A DNA stretch of 62,806 bases, the filler included. It is 7 parts of 7 records of this genome, joined end to end, with 100 filler letters (N's around TTAATTAATTAA, not from the genome) between each part and the next. Parts side by side here need not be neighbours in the genome. Positions count along the whole stretch, not along the records: positions 15,025 to 19,322 come from SRR9188677_223; positions 19,423 to 30,399 come from SRR9188677_227; 5 more parts are not named here. One strand, 5' to 3'. Under the pieces are notes generated by a model. That model searched no databases. It was not told the origin of the DNA and was given only the letters and a program-made list of their open reading frames with translations. A program made the position numbers and the translations under genes. Of this stretch, positions 18,321 to 27,483 are shown one piece after another. How positions within the stretch are numbered: the first letter of the stretch is position 1; each line of letters begins with the position of its first letter.

Positions 18321-19094
18321 ATGGGGCAGATGGTTGCGCAAGGGCGGCAGATCGGCTCAATGTCGGCCATGGACCCAAGAGGATCGCAGCCTGTGACGGA
18401 CGCTCGTAAGGGCTCGCTCTCTGAGACGGTTTCCCGAGAGGTGCTCAGCCACATCCAGACCAACCGGCTGCAGACCGGCGCCGTGCTGCCCAGCGAGAAC
18501 CAGCTGGCCGAGCAACTCGGCATCAGCCGTGGTATCGTGCGCGAAGCGGTGCGTGGGCTGGCCAATCTGGGCATCATCGAAGTCGGCAACGGCCGCCGCC
18601 CGCGGGTCGGGCGACTCGATGGCGATGTGCTGGCGCTGCTCACCGACTATGCGGTGCAGACCGAACAGGTGACGGTGCAGCAGACGCTCGACGTGCGGCG
18701 CGTCCTCGAGGTTCGGGCCGTGCACCTTGCGGCCCTGCACCGGTCGGATATCGAGGCGCGCGCCATCACTGCCGCCGCCGACGCGCTGCGGGCGAGCATG
18801 GGCGATTACAGCCTGATGACCCGCCATGACATCGAGTTTCACATTCTCGTCGCCGCTGCCTCGCGCAACCCGCTGCTGCGCCTGCAGGTCGAATCTTTCC
18901 GCTACGTGATCGAGCGAACCGGGCCGATCGGCTGGAAGAGTCGCCCCGACGAAGAGGCGGTACGGGCCCAGGTCGAAATCCACGGCGAAATCGCCGCCGC
19001 GATCACCGCCCATGATCCGCAGCTGGCGGCGCGGCTGATGACCAAGCACTTCACCGATACCGTTTCCGTGCTGTCGCAGGCGGGCTTCAACTAG
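18321..19094 (+). CDS. GntR/FadR-family transcriptional regulator
   Basis: LPSENQLAEQLGISRGIVREA HTH; FCD motifs DIEFH, SRNPLL, H..I; true start may be slightly downstream. Confidence 0.9.
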   Translation: MGQMVAQGRQIGSMSAMDPRGSQPVTDARKGSLSETVSREVLSHIQTNRLQTGAVLPSENQLAEQLGISRGIVREAVRGLANLGIIEVGNGRRPRVGRLDGDVLALLTDYAVQTEQVTVQQTLDVRRVLEVRAVHLAALHRSDIEARAITAAADALRASMGDYSLMTRHDIEFHILVAAASRNPLLRLQVESFRYVIERTGPIGWKSRPDEEAVRAQVEIHGEIAAAITAHDPQLAARLMTKHFTDTVSVLSQAGFN

Positions 19095-19279
19095 CGCTGC
19101 CGCGCCTGTCAGGGCGGCGGCGGTCTGCGCCCCGGCTCTCTCCACGCGACGTTCTGTCGGCGTCCCACCATGCCGGGCATGGGGCTGCGCACCGCGAGGC
19201 AGTGGGATAAAACCAACTGGCTATTGAAGTGCTGTGCTGCCCTTATCGGTCAAAGGGCTCCGCAGTGACGGAGGAGGAA

Positions 19280-19322
19280 TGGTGGAGCCAATCGGAATCG
19301 AACCGACGACCTCTTGCATGCC
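19280..19322 (-). tRNA. tRNA-Ala(GGC), 3' part (truncated by contig end)
   Basis: Reverse complement GGCATGCAAGAGGTCGTCGGTTCGATTCCGATTGGCTCCACCA: anticodon GGC, T-loop GTTCGA, ACCA end. Confidence 0.85.
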
Positions 19323-19422
19323 NNNNNNNNNNNNNNNNNNNNNNNNNNNNNNNNNNNNNNNNNNNNTTAATTAATTAANNNNNNNNNNNNNNNNNNNNNN
19401 NNNNNNNNNNNNNNNNNNNNNN
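19323..19422. other. Artificial contig spacer
   Basis: N44-TTAATTAATTAA-N44. Confidence 0.99.
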
Positions 19423-19437
19423 CTAACTATACAAAAC

Positions 19438-20214
19438 ATGAATATCCCTGAATCGCTGATTGTTGAACAGCAAGATGAAATACTTTTAGTAAAAATCAAT
19501 CGCCCTAAAAAGCGAAATGCCATTAATGACGAACTCATTTTGGGTTTGGAAACAGTTTTTTCTGCCATTCCCAAAGGCGTGAAATGTGCAGTGCTTTATG
19601 GCGAAGGACAACATTTTAGTGCTGGTTTAGACCTTTCGGAATTGCGTGAAAGAGACATTGTAGAGGGTTTACAACATTCACGAATGTGGCATCGTGCTTT
19701 AGAAAAAATTCAATTTGGTACTGTGCCAGTGGTAGCGGTAATTCATGGTGCTTGCGTAGGTGGAGGTTTGGAAATTGCTTCGGCTTGTCATATTCGAGTG
19801 GCTGAACAAAGTACTTTTTACGCCTTGCCCGAAGGTCAAAGAGGAATTTTTGTCGGCGGTGGTGCGTCGGTGCGTTTACCCAAATTGATTGGTGCGGCTC
19901 GCATGGCTGATATGATGTTTACGGGAAGAGTAATTTCTGCCGAAGAAGGAATTTTGATGGGTTTTTCACAATACTTGGTTTCAGAAAACAAAGGTTTAGA
20001 AAAGGGAATAGAATTGGCAAAAAAGATTTCTTTGAATGCCGAAATGACCAATTATGCTTTGATGCACGTGTTGCCAAGAATTGTGGATTCTGGTGCTTCG
20101 GAGGGTTTAATGATGGAATCTTTGATTTCGACGATTGCCGCTTCATCGCCAGAAGCCAAAAAACGTTTGGGCGATTTTCTGGAAGGAAGAGCGAAAAAAG
20201 TAGGTGAAGATTAG
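19438..20214 (+). CDS. Enoyl-CoA hydratase/crotonase (hydroxycinnamoyl-CoA hydratase candidate)
   Basis: INRPKKRNA, FSAGLDL, GGGLE, LPE motifs; adjacent to feruloyl-CoA ligase. Confidence 0.88.
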   Translation: MNIPESLIVEQQDEILLVKINRPKKRNAINDELILGLETVFSAIPKGVKCAVLYGEGQHFSAGLDLSELRERDIVEGLQHSRMWHRALEKIQFGTVPVVAVIHGACVGGGLEIASACHIRVAEQSTFYALPEGQRGIFVGGGASVRLPKLIGAARMADMMFTGRVISAEEGILMGFSQYLVSENKGLEKGIELAKKISLNAEMTNYALMHVLPRIVDSGASEGLMMESLISTIAASSPEAKKRLGDFLEGRAKKVGED

Positions 20215-20251
20215 ATATGAAATTTGAATTATTTGATGTGTTAAGTTCCTC

Positions 20252-20283
20252 AGATTAGACAAATTTAAAAAGTTGTCTAATCT
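20252..20283. repeat. Intergenic inverted repeat related to the 22151 palindrome
   Basis: agattagacaa...ttgtctaatct; shares GACAA.TTT..AAAAGTTGTC core. Confidence 0.6.
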
Positions 20284-20362
20284 ATCAAATCATCTTTGAT
20301 TCACAATTCATCAATCTAAAAACAGCTCATAATTACTAATTCAAAATTCATATCTAATTACA

Positions 20363-22150
20363 ATGTTTAAAAACATCCATTTTGGACCAACAGCGACAAA
20401 AAAGACGATTCGGGAAGATGGTTCTATTCTGCTGAATTTGGAACAAGCATTAGAGGAATTTCCAGAAAAAATTACTCAAAAATTAGTGCATTGGGCTGAA
20501 AATAAACCTAATGAAGTTTTTATCGCAAGAAGAAACGCACAAAATGAGTGGGTAAAACTAACATATTCGGCTACGCTGAACCAAGTAAAATCTATTGCTC
20601 AATACTTGTTGAAGCTCAATTTTTCAGCAGATGAAACCATTGTGATTTTATCTGAAAACAGTATTGAACACGCTTTATTAGCTTTGGCTGCCATGCACAT
20701 TGGCATTCCTTACACGCCAATTTCTCCTGCATACTCTTTGGTTTCAAACGATTTAGGCAAATTACAACATTGCCTAGAACTGATGAATCCTAGACTGGTT
20801 TTTGCACAAAATGGAAAAACTTTTGAAAAAGCTTTAGCCTTATCAAAAAACTTATTTCCCAATACTCAGCTCGTTTCGGTAGAAGCAAGTTCTGAAATTG
20901 AATTTTCTGAATTAATCAACACACCTGCAAGTGATGAAGTAGATTTGGCTTTTGAGCAAGTACACAAAGATTCAGTTGCCAAAATATTGTTTACTTCTGG
21001 TTCAACAGGTTTGCCCAAAGGCGTAATCAACACGCAACAAATGCTTTGTGCGAATTTGCAGCAAATCACACAAGCTTTTCCTTTTTTTCAAGAAGAAGCC
21101 CCTGTTTTTATCGACTGGCTACCGTGGAATCATACTTTTGGAAGTAATCATAATTTTGGTTTAATCCTCTACAATGGCGGTACGCTTTATATAGACGACG
21201 GCAAACCAACACCAAAAGGTATAGAAATTACCGTACAAAATTTGCGAGAAATTTCTCCAACGGCTTACTTCAACGTTCCCAAAGGTTTTGAAATGTTGAT
21301 TCCTTATTTTGAAAAAGAGCCAGCATTAAGAAGTACTTTCTTTCAAAAATTAAATATTTGTTTTTATGCAGGAGCAAGTTTGGCTCAACCTGTTTGGAAC
21401 AAAATGGAAGAATTATCTATAGAGACGCTTGGTGAAAAAATACCGATTATTACGGGTTTGGGTTGTACTGAATCGGGTCCTTCTGCTCTTTTCGCTAATT
21501 GGGGCGGTAGTTATTCGGGTTTATTGGGTGTTCCGATTGCAGGTTTATCAGTAAAATTGGTAGCCGATGGCGATAAAATGGAAGTACGTTACAAAGCACC
21601 CAACGTAACAAAAGGTTATTGGAGAAATCCAGAAGCGACCCAAAAAGCATTTGACGAAGAAGGGTTTTATAAAACTGGTGACGCTGTAAAATTTGTAGAT
21701 GAAAATTGCCCTGAAAAAGGTTTGATTTTCGATGGCAGAATTGCCGAAGATTTTAAACTTTCAACGGGTACTTGGGTAAATGTGGGCGTTTTGAAATCGA
21801 AAATAGTTTCAACGGGCTCGCCTGTGGTGCAAGATGTGGTAATTGCAGGTTTGGACAAAGAGTATATCGGCATCATTTTATTTCTAAATGCAGATGTTTG
21901 TGGAAGCTTGATTGGCGAAGAGTTAAGCAACGAAGAAGCTTTTCAACATGAAAAAATAAAAGAATTTGTTGATGAATTGTTAATCAAACTCAACAAAACA
22001 GCTACAGGAAGTTCTACTCGTATCGAAAAAGCTGTGGTAGCCATCGAAGCACCGTCAATAGAAGTAGGCGAAATTACCGACAAAGGTTCGCTAAACCAAA
22101 GAGCAGTTTTGAAGCATCGGGCTGAAATTGTGGAGCGTTTGTTTGAATGA
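20363..22150 (+). CDS. fcs: Feruloyl/hydroxycinnamoyl-CoA synthetase
   Basis: [15 protein letters not shown] motif; [43 protein letters not shown] characteristic of Fcs. Confidence 0.88.
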   Translation: MFKNIHFGPTATKKTIREDGSILLNLEQALEEFPEKITQKLVHWAENKPNEVFIARRNAQNEWVKLTYSATLNQVKSIAQYLLKLNFSADETIVILSENSIEHALLALAAMHIGIPYTPISPAYSLVSNDLGKLQHCLELMNPRLVFAQNGKTFEKALALSKNLFPNTQLVSVEASSEIEFSELINTPASDEVDLAFEQVHKDSVAKILFTSGSTGLPKGVINTQQMLCANLQQITQAFPFFQEEAPVFIDWLPWNHTFGSNHNFGLILYNGGTLYIDDGKPTPKGIEITVQNLREISPTAYFNVPKGFEMLIPYFEKEPALRSTFFQKLNICFYAGASLAQPVWNKMEELSIETLGEKIPIITGLGCTESGPSALFANWGGSYSGLLGVPIAGLSVKLVADGDKMEVRYKAPNVTKGYWRNPEATQKAFDEEGFYKTGDAVKFVDENCPEKGLIFDGRIAEDFKLSTGTWVNVGVLKSKIVSTGSPVVQDVVIAGLDKEYIGIILFLNADVCGSLIGEELSNEEAFQHEKIKEFVDELLIKLNKTATGSSTRIEKAVVAIEAPSIEVGEITDKGSLNQRAVLKHRAEIVERLFE

Positions 22151-22187
22151 TGAGTTTTGACAACTTTTCAAAAGTTGTCAAAACTCA
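22151..22187. repeat. 37-bp palindrome (REP-like or operator)
   Basis: TGAGTTTTGACAACTTTT-C-AAAAGTTGTCAAAACTCA, perfect 18-bp arms. Confidence 0.8.
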
Positions 22188-22206
22188 AAAAACTAATTCT
22201 AAGAAA

Positions 22207-22974
22207 ATGAACATACAAAATAAAACTTTCATCATTACAGGCGGAGCTTCTGGCTTAGGCTTGGCTACGGCAAAAATGGTGATTGACAATGGCGGAAATG
22301 CCGTTTTGCTCGACATCAATGCCAAAGCTGGTGAAGAGGCTGAAAATACTTTAGGAAAAAATGCTCGTTTTGTTCAAGCAGATGTGGCTGACGAAGCGAG
22401 TGTGCAAAATGTTATCGACACTGCCATTAGTACTTTTGGTTCTTTGCATGGTGCTATTTCTTGTGCAGGCATCGGGCCGGGCGAAAGAGTAATTGGCAAA
22501 AGTGGGCCACATTCTTTAGCCAATTTCACGAGAACAATTACGATAAATCTTATCGGTACTTTCAATGTCATTCGATTAGTTTCGGCTGTTTTGCAAAATA
22601 ATCCGACCGAAGAAAGTGGCGAAAGAGGTATCATTATTTCAACGGCTTCTGTAGCAGCTTTTGATGGACAAATTGGTCAGGCTGGATATGCTGCTTCAAA
22701 AGGTGGCATTGTAGCCATGACTTTACCGATTGCCCGTGAGTTAGCTCGCTTTGGTATCAGAGTAATGACGATTGCACCTGGTACTTTTGAAACGCCTTTG
22801 TTGGCTGGTTTACCAGAAGATATTCGTACTTCTTTGGGGCAACAAGTTCCTTTTCCTTCAAGATTAGGCAGACCCGAAGAATTTGCGTCTCTGGCGAAAC
22901 ATATTATTGAAAATCAAATGCTAAACGGTGAAGTCATCCGATTGGATGGTGCAATTCGTATGGCGGCGAAATAG
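22207..22974 (+). CDS. 3-hydroxyacyl-CoA dehydrogenase (HSD10-like SDR)
   Basis: [41 protein letters not shown]; start reassigned to MNIQNK. Confidence 0.9.
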   Translation: MNIQNKTFIITGGASGLGLATAKMVIDNGGNAVLLDINAKAGEEAENTLGKNARFVQADVADEASVQNVIDTAISTFGSLHGAISCAGIGPGERVIGKSGPHSLANFTRTITINLIGTFNVIRLVSAVLQNNPTEESGERGIIISTASVAAFDGQIGQAGYAASKGGIVAMTLPIARELARFGIRVMTIAPGTFETPLLAGLPEDIRTSLGQQVPFPSRLGRPEEFASLAKHIIENQMLNGEVIRLDGAIRMAAK

Positions 22975-22980
22975 ATGTGT

Positions 22981-23183
22981 AGCTATGAGCCGTGAGCTTT
23001 GAGCTTTAAAACTGAAATGAATACTTATGGCTACTAAAACTAAAAAACTTAGGCTCATGGCTTACAGTCAAAAATCTCATTACTGAAAATCTAAAACCAG
23101 AAGCTCAAGGCTCATTGCTCACAGCTCATAGCTAAAAATAAATCTCAAATCTCATTGCTCACAGCTTAAAGCTCAAAGCTAAA
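22981..23183. repeat. GAGCTTT/AAAGCTC-type heptamer arrays in inverted orientation
   Basis: agctatgagccgtgagctttgagcttt followed by gctcaaggctcattgctcacagctcatagct and gctcacagcttaaagctcaaagct. Confidence 0.75.
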
Positions 23184-23188
23184 ATAAC

Positions 23189-24304
23189 ATGAAAAAAATA
23201 CTCTTTCTTCTCTTCATTGCTCATTTTGCAATGGCACAAAATATCGCCAAAATTGATTCTGGTGTGGTGAATCAGGCGAAGTATCGCATTCTTTTTCCTC
23301 AGAATTGGAAAGGCAAATTGGTCATGTACGCTCATGGCTACGAATTTATGGGGACACGACCTTTCCAGAGTCAGAATCCAGAGTTTTTAACTCGCATGCA
23401 GCCTTTTTTAGAAAGAGGTTTTGCCGTAGCTGCTTCCGACTATCAGTATCAAGGTTTTGCGTTACCGCAAGGTGTTGATGATACAGAAGCTCTTCGTCAG
23501 TATTTTATTTCAAAATATGGTCAACCAGATTCAACTTTTATGGTCGGTCATTCGATGGGCGGAGGCATTACTTTGGCTACCATTGAAAATCTTGGTAAAA
23601 ATTATAATGGAGCATTGCCACTTTGTCCGCTGTCAAGTCGCCCGTACTTACAGTGTAGAAAAGAATATGATATGTACGCTACTTTCAACGGTTTGTTCCC
23701 GAATGTAGTGACTTCCCTTTCTGAAATTTTCGATCTTTCAAAACCCTATCAGGCTCAAGCTCCGAACCGAATGATGGCTAAAGTTATGGGTATCAAAAAG
23801 GCAATTATTGCAAAAGACTCGGCTTTGGCGGTGGCTTTTGCTAAACGCTTTGATTTGAAATTAGACGATTTACCTTTCTCTTTATTTTTCAATGAAAATG
23901 TGCTGAGAGATGTCGCACAAAAAGCACAAGGGAATCCATTTGATAATACGAATACTTTGTACAGCGGTTTTCCAGATAATTTATTGGTTAATCAAAAAGC
24001 AGAACGTTTGCCAGCAACGGCAAATCCTGATGTGATTTTTTCAAAATACGACCGCTCAGGAAATATTAATGTTCCAACGGTTTTGATGCACACCGTTTAC
24101 GACCAATTGATTCCGGCGACTTATGGCGTTGTGAATTTTGAAAACATGGTTCATCAACAACATAAAGACCAATACTTTACGGTAAAATACACCAACGGAC
24201 AAGGACATTGCAACTTTACACCAAAACAAACTGGAAAAGCTTTCGACGAATTACGTACTTGGGTAAAAACAGGAAATAAAGCGAAATCAGGGTTTGTGGA
24301 GTAG
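23189..24304 (+). CDS. Secreted alpha/beta-fold serine hydrolase (candidate aromatic esterase)
   Basis: Signal peptide AMA-Q; HGY oxyanion region; GHSMGG nucleophile elbow; D..IP and GHCNF. Confidence 0.75.
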   Translation: MKKILFLLFIAHFAMAQNIAKIDSGVVNQAKYRILFPQNWKGKLVMYAHGYEFMGTRPFQSQNPEFLTRMQPFLERGFAVAASDYQYQGFALPQGVDDTEALRQYFISKYGQPDSTFMVGHSMGGGITLATIENLGKNYNGALPLCPLSSRPYLQCRKEYDMYATFNGLFPNVVTSLSEIFDLSKPYQAQAPNRMMAKVMGIKKAIIAKDSALAVAFAKRFDLKLDDLPFSLFFNENVLRDVAQKAQGNPFDNTNTLYSGFPDNLLVNQKAERLPATANPDVIFSKYDRSGNINVPTVLMHTVYDQLIPATYGVVNFENMVHQQHKDQYFTVKYTNGQGHCNFTPKQTGKAFDELRTWVKTGNKAKSGFVE

Positions 24305-24396
24305 GAGGCATTAGGCTGTAAGCTTTTAAGTTTTGCGTACTTGCCTAAAGCCTATAGCCTAAAAAAGCATTCATTAACCAATTTAATTTTATCAAA

Positions 24397-25458
24397 ATGC
24401 AGTCATTTACCATCAATGAATCTTTTCCTATGAATGCGTGGTATGCCGCCGCATGGGATTTTGAAGTAAAAAATACCTTATTGCATCGTAAAGTATGTAA
24501 TAAGCCTATTTTATTATACAGGAAAAAAGATGGAACTCCCGTTGCTTTAGAAGATGCTTGTTGGCATAGACTATTGCCATTATCAAAAGGAAAACTGAAA
24601 AATGATACTGTCATTTGTGGCTATCATGGTTTGGAATACAATAGCGATGGGCGTTGCACACACATGCCTTCGCAAGAAACGATTAATCCTTCTGCTTGCC
24701 TAAGAGCTTATCCCGTAGTTCAAAAATATAGATACGTTTGGGTATGGATGGGCAATCCTGCACTTGCTGATGTCGCTAAAATTCCTGATTTGCATTGGAA
24801 CGACGACCCAGATTGGGCGGGCGATGGCAAAATGATTGAAGTAAAATGTAACTACCGTTTGGTGGTTGATAACTTGATGGATTTAACGCACGAAACCTTT
24901 GTGCATTCAGAAAGTATTGGTGACGAACATGTAACGGAAGCTCCCTTTGATGTTTTTCACGATGAAAATACGGCTACAGTTTCAAGATGGATGCTTGGCA
25001 TTGACCCGCCACCATTTTGGAAAAGTCAGCTTAACAAGAAAATCAAAACAGATGAAAAAGTAGATAGATGGCAAATTATCAATTTTCAAGCTCCTTGTAC
25101 AGTTACTATAGATGTTGGCGTCGCTCTTGCGGGTACAGGTGCTCCTGAAGGTGACCGTTCGCAAGGAGTAAATGGCTATGTGTTGAATACTATTACGCCA
25201 ATGACCAGCCAAACTTGTATGTATTTTTGGGCTTTTAGCAGAAATTATAATGTAAAAGACCAAAGTAATACTACTGAGTTGAGAGATGGTGTTTCGAGAA
25301 TCTTTTTTCAAGATGAACTCATACTTGAAGCACAACAAATTGCCATTAATGAAAACCCCAATCGTGAATTTTATAATTTGAATATTGATGCTGGAGCGAT
25401 GTGGTCAAGGAGAATCACTGACAAAATGGTAGAAGCTGAACAACAAAAAAATCAATAA
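24397..25458 (+). CDS. vanA: Rieske vanillate O-demethylase oxygenase subunit
   Basis: CWH...CGYH Rieske motif; DNLMDLTHETFVH iron site; GDRSQGVNGYVLNTITP and YNLNIDAG VanA-type segments. Confidence 0.88.
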   Translation: MQSFTINESFPMNAWYAAAWDFEVKNTLLHRKVCNKPILLYRKKDGTPVALEDACWHRLLPLSKGKLKNDTVICGYHGLEYNSDGRCTHMPSQETINPSACLRAYPVVQKYRYVWVWMGNPALADVAKIPDLHWNDDPDWAGDGKMIEVKCNYRLVVDNLMDLTHETFVHSESIGDEHVTEAPFDVFHDENTATVSRWMLGIDPPPFWKSQLNKKIKTDEKVDRWQIINFQAPCTVTIDVGVALAGTGAPEGDRSQGVNGYVLNTITPMTSQTCMYFWAFSRNYNVKDQSNTTELRDGVSRIFFQDELILEAQQIAINENPNREFYNLNIDAGAMWSRRITDKMVEAEQQKNQ

Positions 25459-25463
25459 ATTCG

Positions 25464-26447
25464 ATGAGGTTTAGAAATAACTGGATAGATGCTAAAGTGT
25501 CAGCTATTGAAGATAAAGCGAACAATGTAAGGCAAATTACCTTGAAACCCATTGATGGTGCATTATCGTTTACGGTGGGTTCACACATTGATGTTTCTGT
25601 CATTATCAACGATAAACCCGAAATAAGAAGTTATTCACTTATTGGAACACAACCGACCGATGGTGCTTATACCATAGCCGTAAAAAGATTGGAAGCCAGT
25701 AGAGGAGGTTCAAAATATATGTGGACTTTGGAAGTGGATAACCAAATTAAAATCTCACAACCTTCCAATCATTTTGAATTGAGCTATGGAGTAAGCGACT
25801 ATTTATTAATTGCAGGAGGCATCGGAATTACGCCACTCGTAGGAATGGCAGAAGAAATTAAAAAGAAAAATCAGGCGACGGTGAATATGATTTATGTAGG
25901 AGTAAATCCAGCCGAAATGCCTTATATAGACAGATTAAAAGCAGTTTTAGGGAATAATTTGCATCTTCATTTTAGCGATACTGATGGATTGTATGATGTA
26001 AATAGAATCTTTGAACTAACCAATAAAAATACGGGCGTGTACTTATGTGGACCTTTGGGATTCATGAATGCGATTCGAAAATTATGGGAAAGCAGTCCTT
26101 TTGAAAATACTAATTTGAGGTACGAAACTTTTGGTGCATCGGGGCTTTTTGCTCCTCAAGCATTCAAAGTAAAGTTGCCACGCTTTAATCGTGAAATTGA
26201 AGTAGCAGAAAATCAAAGTATGCTAAAAGCACTCGAAGAAGCTGGTATTGATGTTATGTATGATTGCCAAAAAGGAGAATGCGGTTTATGCCAAGTAAAT
26301 ATCTTGGAATGTACAGGTGCTATTGACCATCGAGATTTCTTTTTTAGCGAAAAACAAAAACAGCAAAACAAAAAAATGTGTGCTTGTGTAAGTAGAGTCG
26401 CCAATGGGGACTTAGTGATTGATACTTCTTACAGAGGTAAAGTCTAA
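25464..26447 (+). CDS. vanB: PDR/VanB oxidoreductase (FMN/NAD/2Fe-2S)
   Basis: RSYSL, SRGGS, AGGIGITP, CGP, CQKGECGLC...C ferredoxin. Confidence 0.88.
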   Translation: MRFRNNWIDAKVSAIEDKANNVRQITLKPIDGALSFTVGSHIDVSVIINDKPEIRSYSLIGTQPTDGAYTIAVKRLEASRGGSKYMWTLEVDNQIKISQPSNHFELSYGVSDYLLIAGGIGITPLVGMAEEIKKKNQATVNMIYVGVNPAEMPYIDRLKAVLGNNLHLHFSDTDGLYDVNRIFELTNKNTGVYLCGPLGFMNAIRKLWESSPFENTNLRYETFGASGLFAPQAFKVKLPRFNREIEVAENQSMLKALEEAGIDVMYDCQKGECGLCQVNILECTGAIDHRDFFFSEKQKQQNKKMCACVSRVANGDLVIDTSYRGKV

Positions 26448-26485
26448 ATGGAATTTTGTGATAAAAATGATAATACGCTGAAAAT

Positions 26486-27352
26486 ATGATAGATATAAAT
26501 AAAGTAATTGCCATAGATGTACATACTCATGCAGAAGTATCTTGTTGTCAACCGCACGACGATTATCGTTCGGAGTTTGACGAGGCTTTTGCGAAGTACT
26601 TCAAATCAAGTAAACGTCCGACAATTCAGGAAACTGCCGATTATTATCGAGAGCATAATATGGCATTGGTCATGTTTACGATAGATGCTGAATTTGAAGT
26701 AGGGAAAAAACGCATTCCGAACATTGAGGTAGCTGAAGGAGCACTGAAAAACGATGATGTGATGATTGCTTTCGCCAGTATCGACCCACACAAAGGACGA
26801 ATGGGAGCAAGAGAAGCCCGTGATTTGATAGAAAACTATGGTGTGAAAGGCTTTAAATTTCACCCAACGGTTCAAGGTTTTTATCCGCAAGATAAAATGG
26901 CGTATCATTTATACGAAGTAATTGCTGAGTATAAATTACCTATGCTTTTTCATTCAGGACATTCGGGTTTTGGCAGTGGCGTGCGTGGTGGTGGTGGACT
27001 TCGTTTGGAGTATTCAAACCCGATACACTTGGATGACGTAGCGATTGATTTTCCAGATTGTCCTATCATTATTGCTCATCCAAGTTGGCCTTGGCAAGAC
27101 GAAGCCCTTTCGGTAGCCATGCACAAACCCAATGTGTATATTGATTTAAGTGGCTGGTCGCCGAAGTATTTTCCAAAGCAACTGATTCAATATGCCAACA
27201 CGATGCTGAAAAATAGAATACTTTTTGGAACGGATTTCCCTTTGATTACTCCAGAAAGATGGATGAAAGATTTCGAAGATGCAGGTTTTAAAGAAGAAGT
27301 AAAGCCTTTGATTTTGAAAGAAAATGCGATTAAAATGTTGGGCTTACGCTGA
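26486..27352 (+). CDS. Amidohydrolase-2 family; hydroxyphenyl-beta-ketoacyl-CoA hydrolase (CouO-like)
   Basis: IDVHTHAE, FKFHP, FHSGH, AHPSWPWQDEA, DLSGWSPKYF, FGTDFP; pathway context. Confidence 0.8.
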   Translation: MIDINKVIAIDVHTHAEVSCCQPHDDYRSEFDEAFAKYFKSSKRPTIQETADYYREHNMALVMFTIDAEFEVGKKRIPNIEVAEGALKNDDVMIAFASIDPHKGRMGAREARDLIENYGVKGFKFHPTVQGFYPQDKMAYHLYEVIAEYKLPMLFHSGHSGFGSGVRGGGGLRLEYSNPIHLDDVAIDFPDCPIIIAHPSWPWQDEALSVAMHKPNVYIDLSGWSPKYFPKQLIQYANTMLKNRILFGTDFPLITPERWMKDFEDAGFKEEVKPLILKENAIKMLGLR

Positions 27353-27483
27353 GATACAAGATGCAAGAGACAAGACTAAATAAAGCCTGAAAGTAAAAAA
27401 GCTAAAATTTGAAAGCCGAAATCCGACATCCCAAAGCTCACGGCTCAAAGCTCACAGCATATCAACCTTAATAACTATGAAAA

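Noticed and set aside
15234-19145. Long antisense and alternate-frame ORFs (441, 297, 302, 262 aa) and the 470-aa extension of GntR
   Set aside because: Shadow ORFs of high-GC coding sequence; they overlap well-supported genes and have no motifs.
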